Below are positions 29,889 through 39,641 of a DNA stretch of 58,483 nucleotides, piece after piece. The translations under genes and the position numbers were made by a program. The stretch's first letter is position 1. Each line of letters opens with the position of its first letter. The notes below the pieces were generated by a model that saw nothing but the letters and a program-made list of their open reading frames with translations, did no database searches and was not told the origin of the DNA. The DNA is from Eubacteriales bacterium (GTDB lineage Bacteria; Bacillota; Clostridia; Oscillospirales; CAG-272), in NCBI GenBank assembly GCA_045652835.1, contig JAZOLE010000180.1, positions 1 through 58,483 of the forward strand, written 5' to 3'.

Positions 29889-29917
29889 ATTATATCACAA
29901 ATACCGGCGAATTGCAA
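29889..29917 (-). promoter_or_regulatory. sigma-A type promoter of tRNA-Val
   Basis: The minus strand reads TTGCAA, 17-nt spacer, TATAAT, about 11 nt before the mature 5' end. Confidence 0.65.
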
Positions 29918-29941
29918 CCCCTTTTTGAAATTTTTTCTATA

Positions 29942-30343
29942 TTATTTGTTAGAAAATATCTCGGGATTATAACGATAGATATCCTGGCTATCAATATCCA
30001 CATCAGGAATGATAATGGGCAAAATACCCGTCGTTGATGAAATGGTGGATACGGCTGCTCGTGCAAACGGATAAAGCTGCTTAAAGGACTCCTTATGCAA
30101 AAGCTCCTTGTCCTGTTCTGCAACAATCTCAAATATGCCAACAAGCGTAACGTCCACCTTGAGCGTATCCGGATTTGCCTGATCGCTGACCAAAACCTTC
30201 ATTTCGGCTCTGCATGTATTGTTATTTGCAAACTTGACCTGATAGGTATATTTTGTTTCCAACTTGGTCTTTCCATTCGCAACTGCATGATTTTGAAACT
30301 GAATGTCAGTAATACGATACGTTTTTAGTACAAGCGCTTTCAT
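29942..30343 (-). CDS. SecB-like chaperone
   Basis: LYPFARAAVSTISSTTGILPIIIPDVDID parallels E. coli SecB [35 protein letters not shown] also parallels GGIFSI. AAAGGAGA RBS before the ATG at 30343. Confidence 0.7.
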   Translation of the reverse strand: MKALVLKTYRITDIQFQNHAVANGKTKLETKYTYQVKFANNNTCRAEMKVLVSDQANPDTLKVDVTLVGIFEIVAEQDKELLHKESFKQLYPFARAAVSTISSTTGILPIIIPDVDIDSQDIYRYNPEIFSNK

Positions 30344-30363
30344 ATGATTCTCCTTTGCAGATG

Positions 30364-30389
30364 AAAAAAGAGGCATAAGCCTCTTTTTT
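30364..30389 (-). terminator. intrinsic terminator between the P-loop gene and the SecB-like gene
   Basis: aaaaaaGAGGCataaGCCTCtttttt. Confidence 0.8.
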
Positions 30390-30415
30390 CATAAAGACAT
30401 TTGCGTATGTGCGAT

Positions 30416-30823
30416 TTACAGATACTTCTTAATGGTATCGGAAGCCTCTTCAACAGGCAGAGAGGATGTCATCACAACGTTCACATTCATCTTGGAGCAG
30501 AGCTCGTCGATAGCAAGAACCAGCTTCTCGAATGCAGCAATGTCTTCGTTACAGATCTTAAGAGCAGAGTCTACAAACAGATCGGAAACGTCATGGTTGC
30601 TTGCGAGAATGCCTGCGATGAAGCCATACAGAGCCTCAGCATCGAATACCAGATATTCGTTCGTGTTGATCAGTCTAGCCTGGTACTTAACGTCGTATCT
30701 CAGCTTAACGCCCTTCTCAATGCAAACAACGTCGCCCTGAGTCTTGGAAAGTGCGTCGTTAACCAGTTCAATCAAAGTCTTTGTTTTTCCGGTGCCTTTA
30801 ACACCAATCAGCAATTTGAGCAT
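30416..30823 (-). CDS. small stand-alone P-loop NTPase (135 aa)
   Basis: Walker A at GVKGTGKTK. Candidate Walker B at DLFVDS. No other domain. Confidence 0.6.
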   Translation of the reverse strand: MLKLLIGVKGTGKTKTLIELVNDALSKTQGDVVCIEKGVKLRYDVKYQARLINTNEYLVFDAEALYGFIAGILASNHDVSDLFVDSALKICNEDIAAFEKLVLAIDELCSKMNVNVVMTSSLPVEEASDTIKKYL

Positions 30824-30898
30824 ATATTTAGACCTCCATGGTATGCTTTGTTATATTATACTATATTTTTTTGAATTTGACAAGACCTTTTTGAAAAT

Positions 30899-32236
30899 TT
30901 ATCCTAATCTTGCCTCAAGTTTTTGCTTCATTTCCTCATAACCGGGCTTTCCAAGCAATGCGAACATGTTTTTCTTGTATGCTTCTACACCGGGCTGGTC
31001 AAACGGATTGACACCGAGCATGTATCCGGAGATCGCACAAGCCAGCTCGAAGAAGTAGATCATATATCCAAGCGAGTACGCGCTGCGATCCTTGATCTCA
31101 AGCAGCACGTTCGGTACGCCACCGTCCACGTGTGCAAGCAGCGTTCCCTGCATTGCTGTCTTCTTAACCACGTTAAGATCAACACCGGACAGGAAATTCA
31201 AGCCGTCCACGTTAGCGGGATCGTGAGGAATATCAAAGGACACGTCGTTGTTTTCAATAGAGATAACAGTTTCAAACAGATTGCGCACGCCGTCCTGAAT
31301 GTACTGACCAAGCGAGTGCAGGTCGGTCGAGAAAATCACGGATGCGGGGAAAATACCCTTTTGATCCTTGCCTTCGCTCTCACCGTACAGCTGCTTCCAC
31401 CACTCATTGAACATCTGTGCATAGGATTCGTAGCCAACCAAAATCTCGGTGGTCTTTCCCTTTCTGTACAGAATGTTTCTGATAGCAGCGTACTTGTAGC
31501 AATCGTTGTTCTCAATTGCATCATCTGTATATGCAAGTCTTGCATCATCAGCGCCCTTCATCAGTGCGTCAACGTCAATGCCGGCAACAGCAATGGGAAG
31601 AAGACCAACCGCTGTAAGCACAGAGAATCTGCCGCCTACGTCATCCGGAACCACAAAGGTCTGATATCCCATCTGATCGGAAAACGCCTTCAGCGTGCCT
31701 TTTTGACGGTCTGTGGTTACATAAATGCGTTCTTTTGCACCCTCAACGCCGTACTTTGCTTCCAACATATTGCGGAATACGCGGAATGCCACAGCGGGCT
31801 CGGTTGTCGTACCGGATTTGGAGATTACGTTGATGCAAACGTCCTTGCCCTCGCAAATGCTCAGCAACTCGGCAATGGATGCTGCGCTGATATTACAGCC
31901 TGCGAAATAAATGTCGGGAGTATCCTTTTTGAGATTGTTATACAAGGGAGACTTCAGATATTCGATTACAGCGCGTGCGCCAAGGTAAGAACCGCCGATG
32001 CCGATGACGATAAACACGTCACAGTCCTTCTTGATCTTCTCTGCGCATTCCTTGATCTTTGCAAATTCCTGCTTATCGTAATCGTCGGGCAGCGTTGTCC
32101 AGCCAAGAAAATCGTTGCCAAGACCACTTTTCTCGGTCAGCATTTTATGCGCTGCAGTCACCTGAGGCTGAATTGCAGTATATTCCTGTTTCAAAATAAA
32201 ACCGTTCAAATAATTGTCGTTAAGTCGGATTGCCAT
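30899..32236 (-). CDS. pgi: glucose-6-phosphate isomerase
   Basis: [32 protein letters not shown] and YGESEGK motifs. Confidence 0.93.
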   Translation of the reverse strand: MAIRLNDNYLNGFILKQEYTAIQPQVTAAHKMLTEKSGLGNDFLGWTTLPDDYDKQEFAKIKECAEKIKKDCDVFIVIGIGGSYLGARAVIEYLKSPLYNNLKKDTPDIYFAGCNISAASIAELLSICEGKDVCINVISKSGTTTEPAVAFRVFRNMLEAKYGVEGAKERIYVTTDRQKGTLKAFSDQMGYQTFVVPDDVGGRFSVLTAVGLLPIAVAGIDVDALMKGADDARLAYTDDAIENNDCYKYAAIRNILYRKGKTTEILVGYESYAQMFNEWWKQLYGESEGKDQKGIFPASVIFSTDLHSLGQYIQDGVRNLFETVISIENNDVSFDIPHDPANVDGLNFLSGVDLNVVKKTAMQGTLLAHVDGGVPNVLLEIKDRSAYSLGYMIYFFELACAISGYMLGVNPFDQPGVEAYKKNMFALLGKPGYEEMKQKLEARLG

Positions 32237-32285
32237 ATTTTAACCGCCTTTTTCGTTATTCGCCATAATAATGGCGTCTGTAATC

Positions 32286-32314
32286 ATTATAGCGCATTAC
32301 AGCGTTTTTTTCAA
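32286..32314 (-). promoter_or_regulatory. sigma-A type promoter of pgi
   Basis: The minus strand reads TTGAAA, 17-nt spacer, TATAAT. Confidence 0.6.
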
Positions 32315-32336
32315 GTGCTATACGCATATTTTTACG

Positions 32337-33557
32337 TTAAATCAGCAGAAATTTTGCAATTATCCTTCCAAGCGCGCCAAAAAATCCAAGTTGCTCTATA
32401 TTTTCCGTGCTCAGAATGCTGACACTTCCGATCTGCTTATCATCCAAAGTATACACCACCTTGCCAAGCTTATCTCCAACGTGTAACGGAGCTGTGTAAT
32501 GCGGTGCATCCAGCTCGGCTTTTTCTTGCACCTTTGCAATATCACTCTTGGGCATCACGCAATAAAAACCACCGTATTTTGCGCTGAGTGTGTCTTGCTT
32601 ACCGCCTTTTACCGGAATGCCGTGCAGCTCTCCCTCGGGTTTTGCAAGCAATCCGTAATTGGCAAAGCCCCAATCCAAAAGCTGCGTAGCGATCTGATTT
32701 CTTGTATCTCGGTTCTCTGCCCCCATAACCACACAAATCAGCGCCATATTATCACGCTTTGCTGTCGCGCTGACGCAAAAGCCTGCTTTGGAGGTGGATC
32801 CTGTTTTGAGTCCGGTACAGCCCTTATAAAAACGCACAAGCCTGTTTGTGTTGGTCAGCCCGAAAGCACCGTTGCGAATGGTATCCATCCAGATCGAGCT
32901 GTACTCCAATATTTTTTGGTGCTTGATCAACTCGCGCGACATAATGGCGATATCACGCGCAGAGGTATAGTGATTGAGTGTGGTATCGTCAAGTCCATTG
33001 GTATTTTCAAATTTTGTATTAAGCATATCTAACTGCAGCGCCTTATCATTCATCATTTTCACAAACGATTGCTCACTGCCTGCAATGTGCTCTGCAAGAG
33101 CGAGTGCAGCATCATTTGCAGAAGCGATTACAACGCTTTTGACCAGATCCTCAACACTCATCCGCTCACCTTCCTTGAGATAGATCTGTGATCCGCCCAT
33201 AGAGCACGCATGTGCGCTTGCAGTGACCATGTCCTCCCATTTGATCTTTCCCTGTTCGATCGCCTCCATAACCAAAAGCAGCGTCATGACCTTAGTTACG
33301 GACGCAGGAGGTAATCCTTGGTCGGCATTCATTTCGTATAGAATCTCGCCTGTCTGTGCCTCCATAAGCACCGCGGATTTGCAGGCAAGCTCTCCCTCAA
33401 ATGTGATTTTCTCATTTGTCGAGCCCCACAATGCCCAATCCTCGTCGCTGATCGGCACTGTCTGTGCACTCGCAGCGACTGTTGAGAGCAGCAGCACCGC
33501 CATCATAAAGCCTACCAATATTCTTAAATAAAGCATTCTTCGTTTATCCGTCATCAA
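32337..33557 (-). CDS. D-alanyl-D-alanine carboxypeptidase (peptidase S11, low-MW PBP)
   Basis: Signal peptide, PASVTKVMT (SxxK), ASANDA (SxN) and KTGST (KTG). Confidence 0.88.
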   Translation of the reverse strand: MMTDKRRMLYLRILVGFMMAVLLLSTVAASAQTVPISDEDWALWGSTNEKITFEGELACKSAVLMEAQTGEILYEMNADQGLPPASVTKVMTLLLVMEAIEQGKIKWEDMVTASAHACSMGGSQIYLKEGERMSVEDLVKSVVIASANDAALALAEHIAGSEQSFVKMMNDKALQLDMLNTKFENTNGLDDTTLNHYTSARDIAIMSRELIKHQKILEYSSIWMDTIRNGAFGLTNTNRLVRFYKGCTGLKTGSTSKAGFCVSATAKRDNMALICVVMGAENRDTRNQIATQLLDWGFANYGLLAKPEGELHGIPVKGGKQDTLSAKYGGFYCVMPKSDIAKVQEKAELDAPHYTAPLHVGDKLGKVVYTLDDKQIGSVSILSTENIEQLGFFGALGRIIAKFLLI

Positions 33558-33609
33558 TTTACACCGCCTTTCGATGCAATATATGAACAGAAACTACTGA
33601 ATATGTAAG

Positions 33610-33636
33610 AAAACCGACTCGTAACCGAGCCGGTTT
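33610..33636 (-). terminator. intrinsic terminator after galM
   Basis: AAAACCGACTCGtaaCGAGCCGGTTTT (one mismatch), with a T-run on the minus strand. Confidence 0.7.
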
Positions 33637-33643
33637 TCAATCT

Positions 33644-34699
33644 TTATTTCACATAGAACTTAAATTCCGTGGTGGTCATATAAACGTCACCCGGTCTTAG
33701 AACACAGGGAGTAAAGTCTGCACGGTTGGGGCTGTCGGGCATGATCTGCGTTTCAAGGCAGAACGCATTTTGCGTTGCCTTGCGGTAGCCACCGTAGAAA
33801 GGATGACCATCATCGGTCAGGAAATTGCCACTGTAGAACTGCACGCAAGGCATATCGGTGCGCACGTCCATAGCTCTTCCCGTCTTGGGATCATATGCGG
33901 TTGCCACGCGCTTGATCTGACCGTCATAAGTGTCAAAGCACCAGCAATGGTCATAGCCACCGGCAATCTTAAGATCGTTATTGTCTGTAAAGAAATCCTG
34001 TCCGATGGGCTTTGCAGCACGGAAATCAAAAGGTGTACCCTCAACCGATGCGATTTCGGTAGGAATCAGCTGCTCATCGGTTTTGAGATAACGGCTCGCA
34101 TCCATCTGCAGCACCTGATCAAATACCTTGCCCGAAGCAAAACCGCCAAGGTTGAAGTATGCGTGATTGGTCAGGCTGATAACGGTAGTCTTGTCTGTAA
34201 TGGCTTTATAATCGATTGCAAGCGTATCATCCTCGGTAATGCGGTAGGTGACGGTGCAAGCCAGCTCACCGGGAAAGCCCTCCTCCATATCGGGAGAGAT
34301 CAGCGAGAAATATACGCTGGGCTGTGTGGTATCCGAATACGAGGATGCCCACAGCTTATGCGAAAATCCAACCTTGCCGCCATGCAGCGTGTTGCCGTTA
34401 TTATTGGGATACAGCTTGTATTCCTTGCCCTCCAGCATAAAGCGTGCGCCACCGATGCGGTTGCCGTAGCGACCGATCAATGCGCCAACATAACCATCGG
34501 AGTTCATCAGATCGCCAAGCGAATCATAGCCGCAAAGCACGTTAGTAAAGCGACCGTCCTTATCGGGTGCTTCAATGCTCATCAGTGTGCCGCCAAATTC
34601 GCATACCTTGGCGCGAATACCGCCTATATGATGCTGCAACGTATAAACGTATACCTCTTGTCCATCCGGCATATAGCCAAACAACTCTTTCGTTACCAT
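33644..34699 (-). CDS. galM: aldose 1-epimerase (galactose mutarotase)
   Basis: GRYGNRI, NTLHGG, TNHAYFNL and FCLETQ motifs. Confidence 0.88.
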   Translation of the reverse strand: MVTKELFGYMPDGQEVYVYTLQHHIGGIRAKVCEFGGTLMSIEAPDKDGRFTNVLCGYDSLGDLMNSDGYVGALIGRYGNRIGGARFMLEGKEYKLYPNNNGNTLHGGKVGFSHKLWASSYSDTTQPSVYFSLISPDMEEGFPGELACTVTYRITEDDTLAIDYKAITDKTTVISLTNHAYFNLGGFASGKVFDQVLQMDASRYLKTDEQLIPTEIASVEGTPFDFRAAKPIGQDFFTDNNDLKIAGGYDHCWCFDTYDGQIKRVATAYDPKTGRAMDVRTDMPCVQFYSGNFLTDDGHPFYGGYRKATQNAFCLETQIMPDSPNRADFTPCVLRPGDVYMTTTEFKFYVK

Positions 34700-34703
34700 A
34701 AGA

Positions 34704-35723
34704 TCAATCTCCGTATCCGTTGGGGTTCATGGACTGCCAACGATAAGAATCCTCACACATACGGTTCATATCGTATTCAGCCTTCCAGCCAAGCATCTTT
34801 TCAGCCTTGGAGGGGTCAGCATAGCATACGGCAATGTCACCAGGGCGGCGACCCTCAATGCGATAAGGCAGAGGCTTGCCCGTTACCTTTTCGAATGCGT
34901 GTACCACGTCAAGCACGGAATAGCCGTTACCCGTACCGATATTGAAATAATCAATGCCGGGCTGCTGGATCGCAAGCTCAAGCGCGGACAGGTGCGCACG
35001 TGCAAGGTCTACAACGTGGATATAGTCGCGAACGCCCGTGCCGTCATGGGTGGGATAATCATTACCGTATACACGCAGATATTCGCGCTTACCGGAAGCA
35101 ACCTGCGTAATATAAGGCAGCAGATTGTTGGGAATGCCGGCAGGATCTTCACCGATCAAACCGCTTTCATGCGCGCCGATGGGATTGAAATAACGCAGAA
35201 TGGAAACGCTCCATGCAGGATCGGCAAATTGCAGGTCCTTGAGAATGCGCTCGATCATGTGCTTGGTCTCGCCATAAGGGTTGGTTGTTTTGCCCGTGGG
35301 GAAATCCTCGCGGATCGGCACGGTTGCAGGATCACCGTAAACCGTTGCAGACGAGCTGAATACAATTGTCTTTACGTTATGCTCACGCATAGACTTGCAG
35401 AGATTGATAGTGCCGGTCAGGTTATTGTGATAATACTCCAACGGCATTTGTACAGATTCGCCAACAGCCTTAAGACCTGCGAAGTGAATGCAGGAATCGA
35501 TCTCGGGGCATTCGTCAAACATAGCATCAACTGCCGGCTTATCCAAAAGATCGATCTCATAAAACTTAAAATCCTTGCCCGTGATCTGACGAATGCGGTC
35601 AAGAACGCAGGGCTTACTGTTCGAGAAATTATCCAGGATTACAAGCTCATAACCCTTATTCAAAAATTCAACTGCAGCGTGAGAGCCAATAAAGCCGGCG
35701 CCGCCTGTAATCAATACTGCCAT
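34704..35723 (-). CDS. galE: UDP-glucose 4-epimerase
   Basis: ITGGAGFIGSH Rossmann motif, SSSATVYG, YGETK. Confidence 0.93.
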   Translation of the reverse strand: MAVLITGGAGFIGSHAAVEFLNKGYELVILDNFSNSKPCVLDRIRQITGKDFKFYEIDLLDKPAVDAMFDECPEIDSCIHFAGLKAVGESVQMPLEYYHNNLTGTINLCKSMREHNVKTIVFSSSATVYGDPATVPIREDFPTGKTTNPYGETKHMIERILKDLQFADPAWSVSILRYFNPIGAHESGLIGEDPAGIPNNLLPYITQVASGKREYLRVYGNDYPTHDGTGVRDYIHVVDLARAHLSALELAIQQPGIDYFNIGTGNGYSVLDVVHAFEKVTGKPLPYRIEGRRPGDIAVCYADPSKAEKMLGWKAEYDMNRMCEDSYRWQSMNPNGYGD

Positions 35724-35747
35724 TTTTGTGTTCCTCCGTATTTGGTT

Positions 35748-36848
35748 TTACAAATATTTTTGAATGATCAGGTTCATCTGATCCATTTTTTGCTCCATAT
35801 CCGCAACAAGCTTAAATTGATTGCGCGCACGGTCAAGATTGTGCTGTGCATAAGATGTTCTGAAGTAGGTATCGCCATTGAGATAGTCGGTCAAGAAGCG
35901 AATACCTGTTTCAAGCGTCAGTATGTATGCGCCCATGGGAAGCGAACGAATCTCTTCTTCTGTCAGCGAATGATCCAATCCCTCAATAAACCCCTTTGCA
36001 AAGGCGTCGAACATTTCAAGTCTTACATAGACCTTATCAAGATCGGTTTCGTCCTCTGCTGCAGACGAAGCGCCAAAACGGATGCTATCACCAAAATCGG
36101 CAAGCACCGAGCCGGGCATGACCGTATCAAGGTCGATAACGCAAATGCCCTCACCCGTTTCATTATCAAGCATGATATTGTTGAGCTTGGTATCATTATG
36201 CGTCACGCGAAGCGGAATTCTGCCGTCCGCAATACGCTCATTGATATAACTGCATGACTCCTGTCTGCGCAGTACAAACGCGATCTCCTCGCGCACGCTT
36301 TCGCGTCTTCCTGCAGTATTGTTTTCCATTGCAGTGATGAATTGATTAAATCTGTCCTCGGTGTTATGAAAATTGGGGATCGTCTCAAACAAAAGCGAGG
36401 CATCGAAATCCGCAAGCTGTCTTTGGAAAACGCCAAATGCTTTACCAACCTTAGTAAACATTTCCTCAGACTCAACCGCCTGATAGCAGGTTGCGTCTTC
36501 TACAAATTCATAAGCACGCCAATAGCGTCCCTCTTCGTCGATATGCGCGTAATGTCCGTCCTTTGCATTGACAACGTGCAGCGTACCGCGCTTTGCATCG
36601 CCGCCGATGGCGATCAACTTATTCTCAATGTGCTTTGTAACGTGCAGAATGTTCTGCATGACCTGATCGGGCTTTTTAAAGATCGAGGTATTGACGCTCT
36701 GCAATACGTAACGGCTCAGTCCGTCATCCGAGCTGCAATCCACAAAAAACGTGGAATTGATGTGGCCGGTAGTGCATTCGGTTACCGAAATCGGAGTTCC
36801 TTGAAAATTAAATTTCTCGGCAATCAAAAAAATCTGTGCGTGATTCAT
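35748..36848 (-). CDS. nahK: N-acetylhexosamine 1-kinase-like (NahK/LnpB-type APH-fold sugar kinase)
   Basis: The N-terminus GHINSTFFV...RYVLQSVNTSIFKKP closely parallels Bifidobacterium NahK (GHINTTYLV...YILQQMNTSIF). VTHNDTKLNNIM catalytic loop and IDLDTVMPG are also present. Confidence 0.7.
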   Translation of the reverse strand: MNHAQIFLIAEKFNFQGTPISVTECTTGHINSTFFVDCSSDDGLSRYVLQSVNTSIFKKPDQVMQNILHVTKHIENKLIAIGGDAKRGTLHVVNAKDGHYAHIDEEGRYWRAYEFVEDATCYQAVESEEMFTKVGKAFGVFQRQLADFDASLLFETIPNFHNTEDRFNQFITAMENNTAGRRESVREEIAFVLRRQESCSYINERIADGRIPLRVTHNDTKLNNIMLDNETGEGICVIDLDTVMPGSVLADFGDSIRFGASSAAEDETDLDKVYVRLEMFDAFAKGFIEGLDHSLTEEEIRSLPMGAYILTLETGIRFLTDYLNGDTYFRTSYAQHNLDRARNQFKLVADMEQKMDQMNLIIQKYL

Positions 36849-36878
36849 AATAATCCTTTCATAATTGTTCGGGTATTA

Positions 36879-37775
36879 TCAGCCCCATAATGAGTTGGGA
36901 TAAACGCCTGCGTCAATCATACTTTGAATAGATGATTTGACGTATTCCTTGTCCTGCGTGTAAGTCACGCCGTACCATTGTGCATCGGTTTTGTAAACGC
37001 GTACGTCACAAAGCCCTGCCTTCATAAATCCATCGATCGCGCCCGGGAGATAATACTCACTTTTGAGTTCGTTCCCGCGCTGCGCCAAAAACTCCTCAAA
37101 GCCCTGTGCAAGCTTGGGCACAATGCCGGGTGTCAAGCCCCAGAAGTTCATGGAAACAACAGTCGAGCCGGGCAGATCGATCCATGCATCATCCTGATCT
37201 TTGTAAGCTGCGTGCTCCCCTACTCGCTTGATATCCGTGCGTTCGGTTACTCCGGTGAGCATTTCGTTCTCATCAACATAGCATTGTCCACGCGATACGG
37301 TACCGCTATCCGACAGTGTGTTACCCAATCTATAGCCGACCATGCAATAATGATCTCCGTCTGCATGGGATTTCAAATGCTCTGCTGCTTTGAAAAAAGC
37401 ATCTCTTCCGTAAAAATCATCCGAATTGATGACTGCAAAATTCTCGGTCAGATATTCTCTTGCTGCGTAAAGTGCATGTCCTGTGCCCCAAGGCTTTGTT
37501 CTGCCATCGGGCACACTGTATCCACCCGGCAGATCATCAAGCTGCTGGAATGCATAATACGTTTGTATATGCGAAGAAACTCTTGCCCCTACCGTTTCCT
37601 TAAATGCTTGATAATTCTCCTTTTTGATGATGAATACCACCTTATCAAATCCCGCCGCAATAGCGTCATAAATGGAGAAATCAATAATAAATTCACCGTG
37701 CTCCGTCATAGGATCGATCTGCTTGAGACCGCCATAACGTGAACCCATACCCGCTGCTAAAATTACAAGTGTCAT
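36879..37775 (-). CDS. sugar-1-phosphate nucleotidyltransferase
   Basis: LAAGMGSRYGGLKQ N-terminal NTP-transferase signature. AAGGAGG RBS. Confidence 0.75.
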   Translation of the reverse strand: MTLVILAAGMGSRYGGLKQIDPMTEHGEFIIDFSIYDAIAAGFDKVVFIIKKENYQAFKETVGARVSSHIQTYYAFQQLDDLPGGYSVPDGRTKPWGTGHALYAAREYLTENFAVINSDDFYGRDAFFKAAEHLKSHADGDHYCMVGYRLGNTLSDSGTVSRGQCYVDENEMLTGVTERTDIKRVGEHAAYKDQDDAWIDLPGSTVVSMNFWGLTPGIVPKLAQGFEEFLAQRGNELKSEYYLPGAIDGFMKAGLCDVRVYKTDAQWYGVTYTQDKEYVKSSIQSMIDAGVYPNSLWG

Positions 37776-37889
37776 GGAGCGCCTCCTTATTATACAAGGT
37801 TATACCTATTGTTCTATATATTATACTACACCCCTTTGAAAAATGCAATATCATATGTGTGAATTTTCGTGAGATTTCTGCAAAATCTA

Positions 37890-37918
37890 TTGACAATTCA
37901 AGGCAGCTCATTTATAAT
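37890..37918 (+). promoter_or_regulatory. consensus sigma-A promoter of the crp-family/ABC operon
   Basis: TTGACA, 17-nt spacer, TATAAT. Confidence 0.7.
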
Positions 37919-37951
37919 ATAAGTGTATCATATGGGACACTCGGAGGTCGT

Positions 37952-38614
37952 ATGAATCAAATTCTGCAAATACTTGAAAAGCTGCCCATTACAAAAGGGG
38001 CGGATAAAAAAACGATCCATGCAGCAGCACAGATCGATGCACCCGAATTTATCAGCCTTGGGCGCGACAGCGTTATTCTGTCCCCCGGACAACCAAGCGA
38101 TGAGCTGTATGTTTTATGCGAAGGTACAGCTGCAGCATATTCTGCCGATTCGGACAAGCAGGTGCTTTTGCGTGTGTTTTCTCCGCACGAGATCTTTGGT
38201 ATTTCCAATCTGTTTACCAACAGCCCGTTTGCCACACGCGTGGTAGCCAAAACCGATTGCAAGGTTTTGGTGCTGCGTAAGCAGTTTCTGACCCATCTCA
38301 TAGATCATGACAGCACGGTCAGATATCAATACATCGCTTTTCTTGCACAAAAGACGCTGTATCTGAATCAAAAGATTTCCTGCCTGACCGCAGGATCTGC
38401 TGAACAACGATTGGCATTTTGGTTGGATGCACATGCTAATGACGGCATTGTAACGCTTAATCTGCCCATGAATGCCCTTTGCACCATGTTGGATATAGGC
38501 CGCGCCTCGCTCTATCGCGCATTTGATAAGCTGGAGCAGGACGGATTTATCAATAAAGAACAAAAAACGGTACGGCTACTGGACCGAGACCGCATGTTAC
38601 ATCATTATAAGTGA
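37952..38614 (+). CDS. Crp/Fnr-family transcriptional regulator
   Basis: cNMP-binding-like beta-roll (ELYVLCEGTAAAYS...IFGISNLF) and a C-terminal HTH (MNALCTMLDIGRASLYRAFDKLEQDGFI). GGAGG lies before the ATG at 37952. Confidence 0.8.
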   Translation: MNQILQILEKLPITKGADKKTIHAAAQIDAPEFISLGRDSVILSPGQPSDELYVLCEGTAAAYSADSDKQVLLRVFSPHEIFGISNLFTNSPFATRVVAKTDCKVLVLRKQFLTHLIDHDSTVRYQYIAFLAQKTLYLNQKISCLTAGSAEQRLAFWLDAHANDGIVTLNLPMNALCTMLDIGRASLYRAFDKLEQDGFINKEQKTVRLLDRDRMLHHYK

Positions 38615-38630
38615 AAGGAAATTAAAAATC

Positions 38631-39635
38631 ATGAAAACCACAATCAAAATCTTCTCTGTACTTCTGACTCTGTTGCTGACGCTTTCCGTGTTTTCGGGTT
38701 GTATCAGTCAAAAACCCGATCCTGAAAACAAGCCTGCGCTTTCTAACGTAAACATCATGGTGCTCAATGGCACAACGGGCTTTGGCATGGCAAAGCTGAT
38801 CTCCGATAGCAAAAACGGTAAGGCAACGCTTCCCTACACTGTAACCGTTGAAACCGACGCTTCTAACATTACTGCATCTTTGGTGAGCGGTGCTTGCGAT
38901 ATTGCAGCTCTGCCCACAAACGCTGCTGCGAACGTAGCGCTGAAAACCAATGGCGGTGTTAAGGTGATCGCAGTAAATACACTTGGCGTACTCTACGTGA
39001 TGAACAATACCGAAAAGGTTGCGATTTCTTCCTTTGAGGATCTGCGCGGCAAGACCGTTTATTGCCCTGCGCAAAATCCCACCTTCCTGTTCAAAGCTGT
39101 ATGCGAAGCAAACGGCTTGAAAGTAGGCGAGGATATCATTATTGACAACACCTATGCACAGCCTGCCGATCTGCGTACCGCACTTGCTTCCGGTATGGTA
39201 GATATCGCAGTACTGCCCGAACCCATGGTCACCATTGCAAAGAGCGCAAACGCTTCCCTTGCCGCATCGCTTGATCTGACCGCTGAATGGGAAAAGCATT
39301 ACCCCGCAAACTCGCTGATGCAGGGCTGCGTCGTGGTTCGCACCGAGTTCCTGAATCAATACCCCGATGCAGTACAGGCATTTTTGACCGAGTACAAGGC
39401 ATCTATTGAATTTGTCAACGCCAATGCGGAAGAAGCTGCCAATATGATCGTAGAAGCAGGCATTTTCGCACAGGCTCCCGTTGCAAAAAAGGCAATTCCC
39501 AACTCGAACATCTGCTACATTGACGGCGCTGAAATGAAAGCCGGTTTGCAAAGCTTTTATGGCGTACTGCTCAAGGTTGCTCCCGCTTCTATCGGCGGTC
39601 AGCTGCCTGCAGAGGACTTCTACTACGTCCCCTGA
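38631..39635 (+). CDS. ABC transporter substrate-binding lipoprotein (NMT1/THI5-like, NitT/TauT family)
   Basis: Lipobox LSVFSGC. Periplasmic-binding fold pattern. Confidence 0.75.
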   Translation: MKTTIKIFSVLLTLLLTLSVFSGCISQKPDPENKPALSNVNIMVLNGTTGFGMAKLISDSKNGKATLPYTVTVETDASNITASLVSGACDIAALPTNAAANVALKTNGGVKVIAVNTLGVLYVMNNTEKVAISSFEDLRGKTVYCPAQNPTFLFKAVCEANGLKVGEDIIIDNTYAQPADLRTALASGMVDIAVLPEPMVTIAKSANASLAASLDLTAEWEKHYPANSLMQGCVVVRTEFLNQYPDAVQAFLTEYKASIEFVNANAEEAANMIVEAGIFAQAPVAKKAIPNSNICYIDGAEMKAGLQSFYGVLLKVAPASIGGQLPAEDFYYVP

Positions 39636-39641
39636 TAATCC

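Noticed and set aside
30923-32422. Very long antisense ORFs. Examples are the 499-aa ORF opposite pgi, 33770-34945, 34899-36257, 27811-28947, 47391-48722, 21490-22404 and 22124-23080.
   Set aside because: The opposite strand carries unmistakable conserved enzymes (pgi, galM, galE, GH78, clpP/clpX). The antisense products are low-complexity, lack RBSs and lack motifs. They are a typical artefact of codon bias suppressing stops on the reverse frame.
37776-38630. A TPP (THI-box) riboswitch was expected upstream of the NMT1/THI5-like ABC transporter.
   Set aside because: The leader of the operon is short and holds only a promoter and RBS. The gap between the crp-family gene and the binding-protein gene is 16 nt. 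No CTGAGA/ACCTGA THI-box elements were seen.
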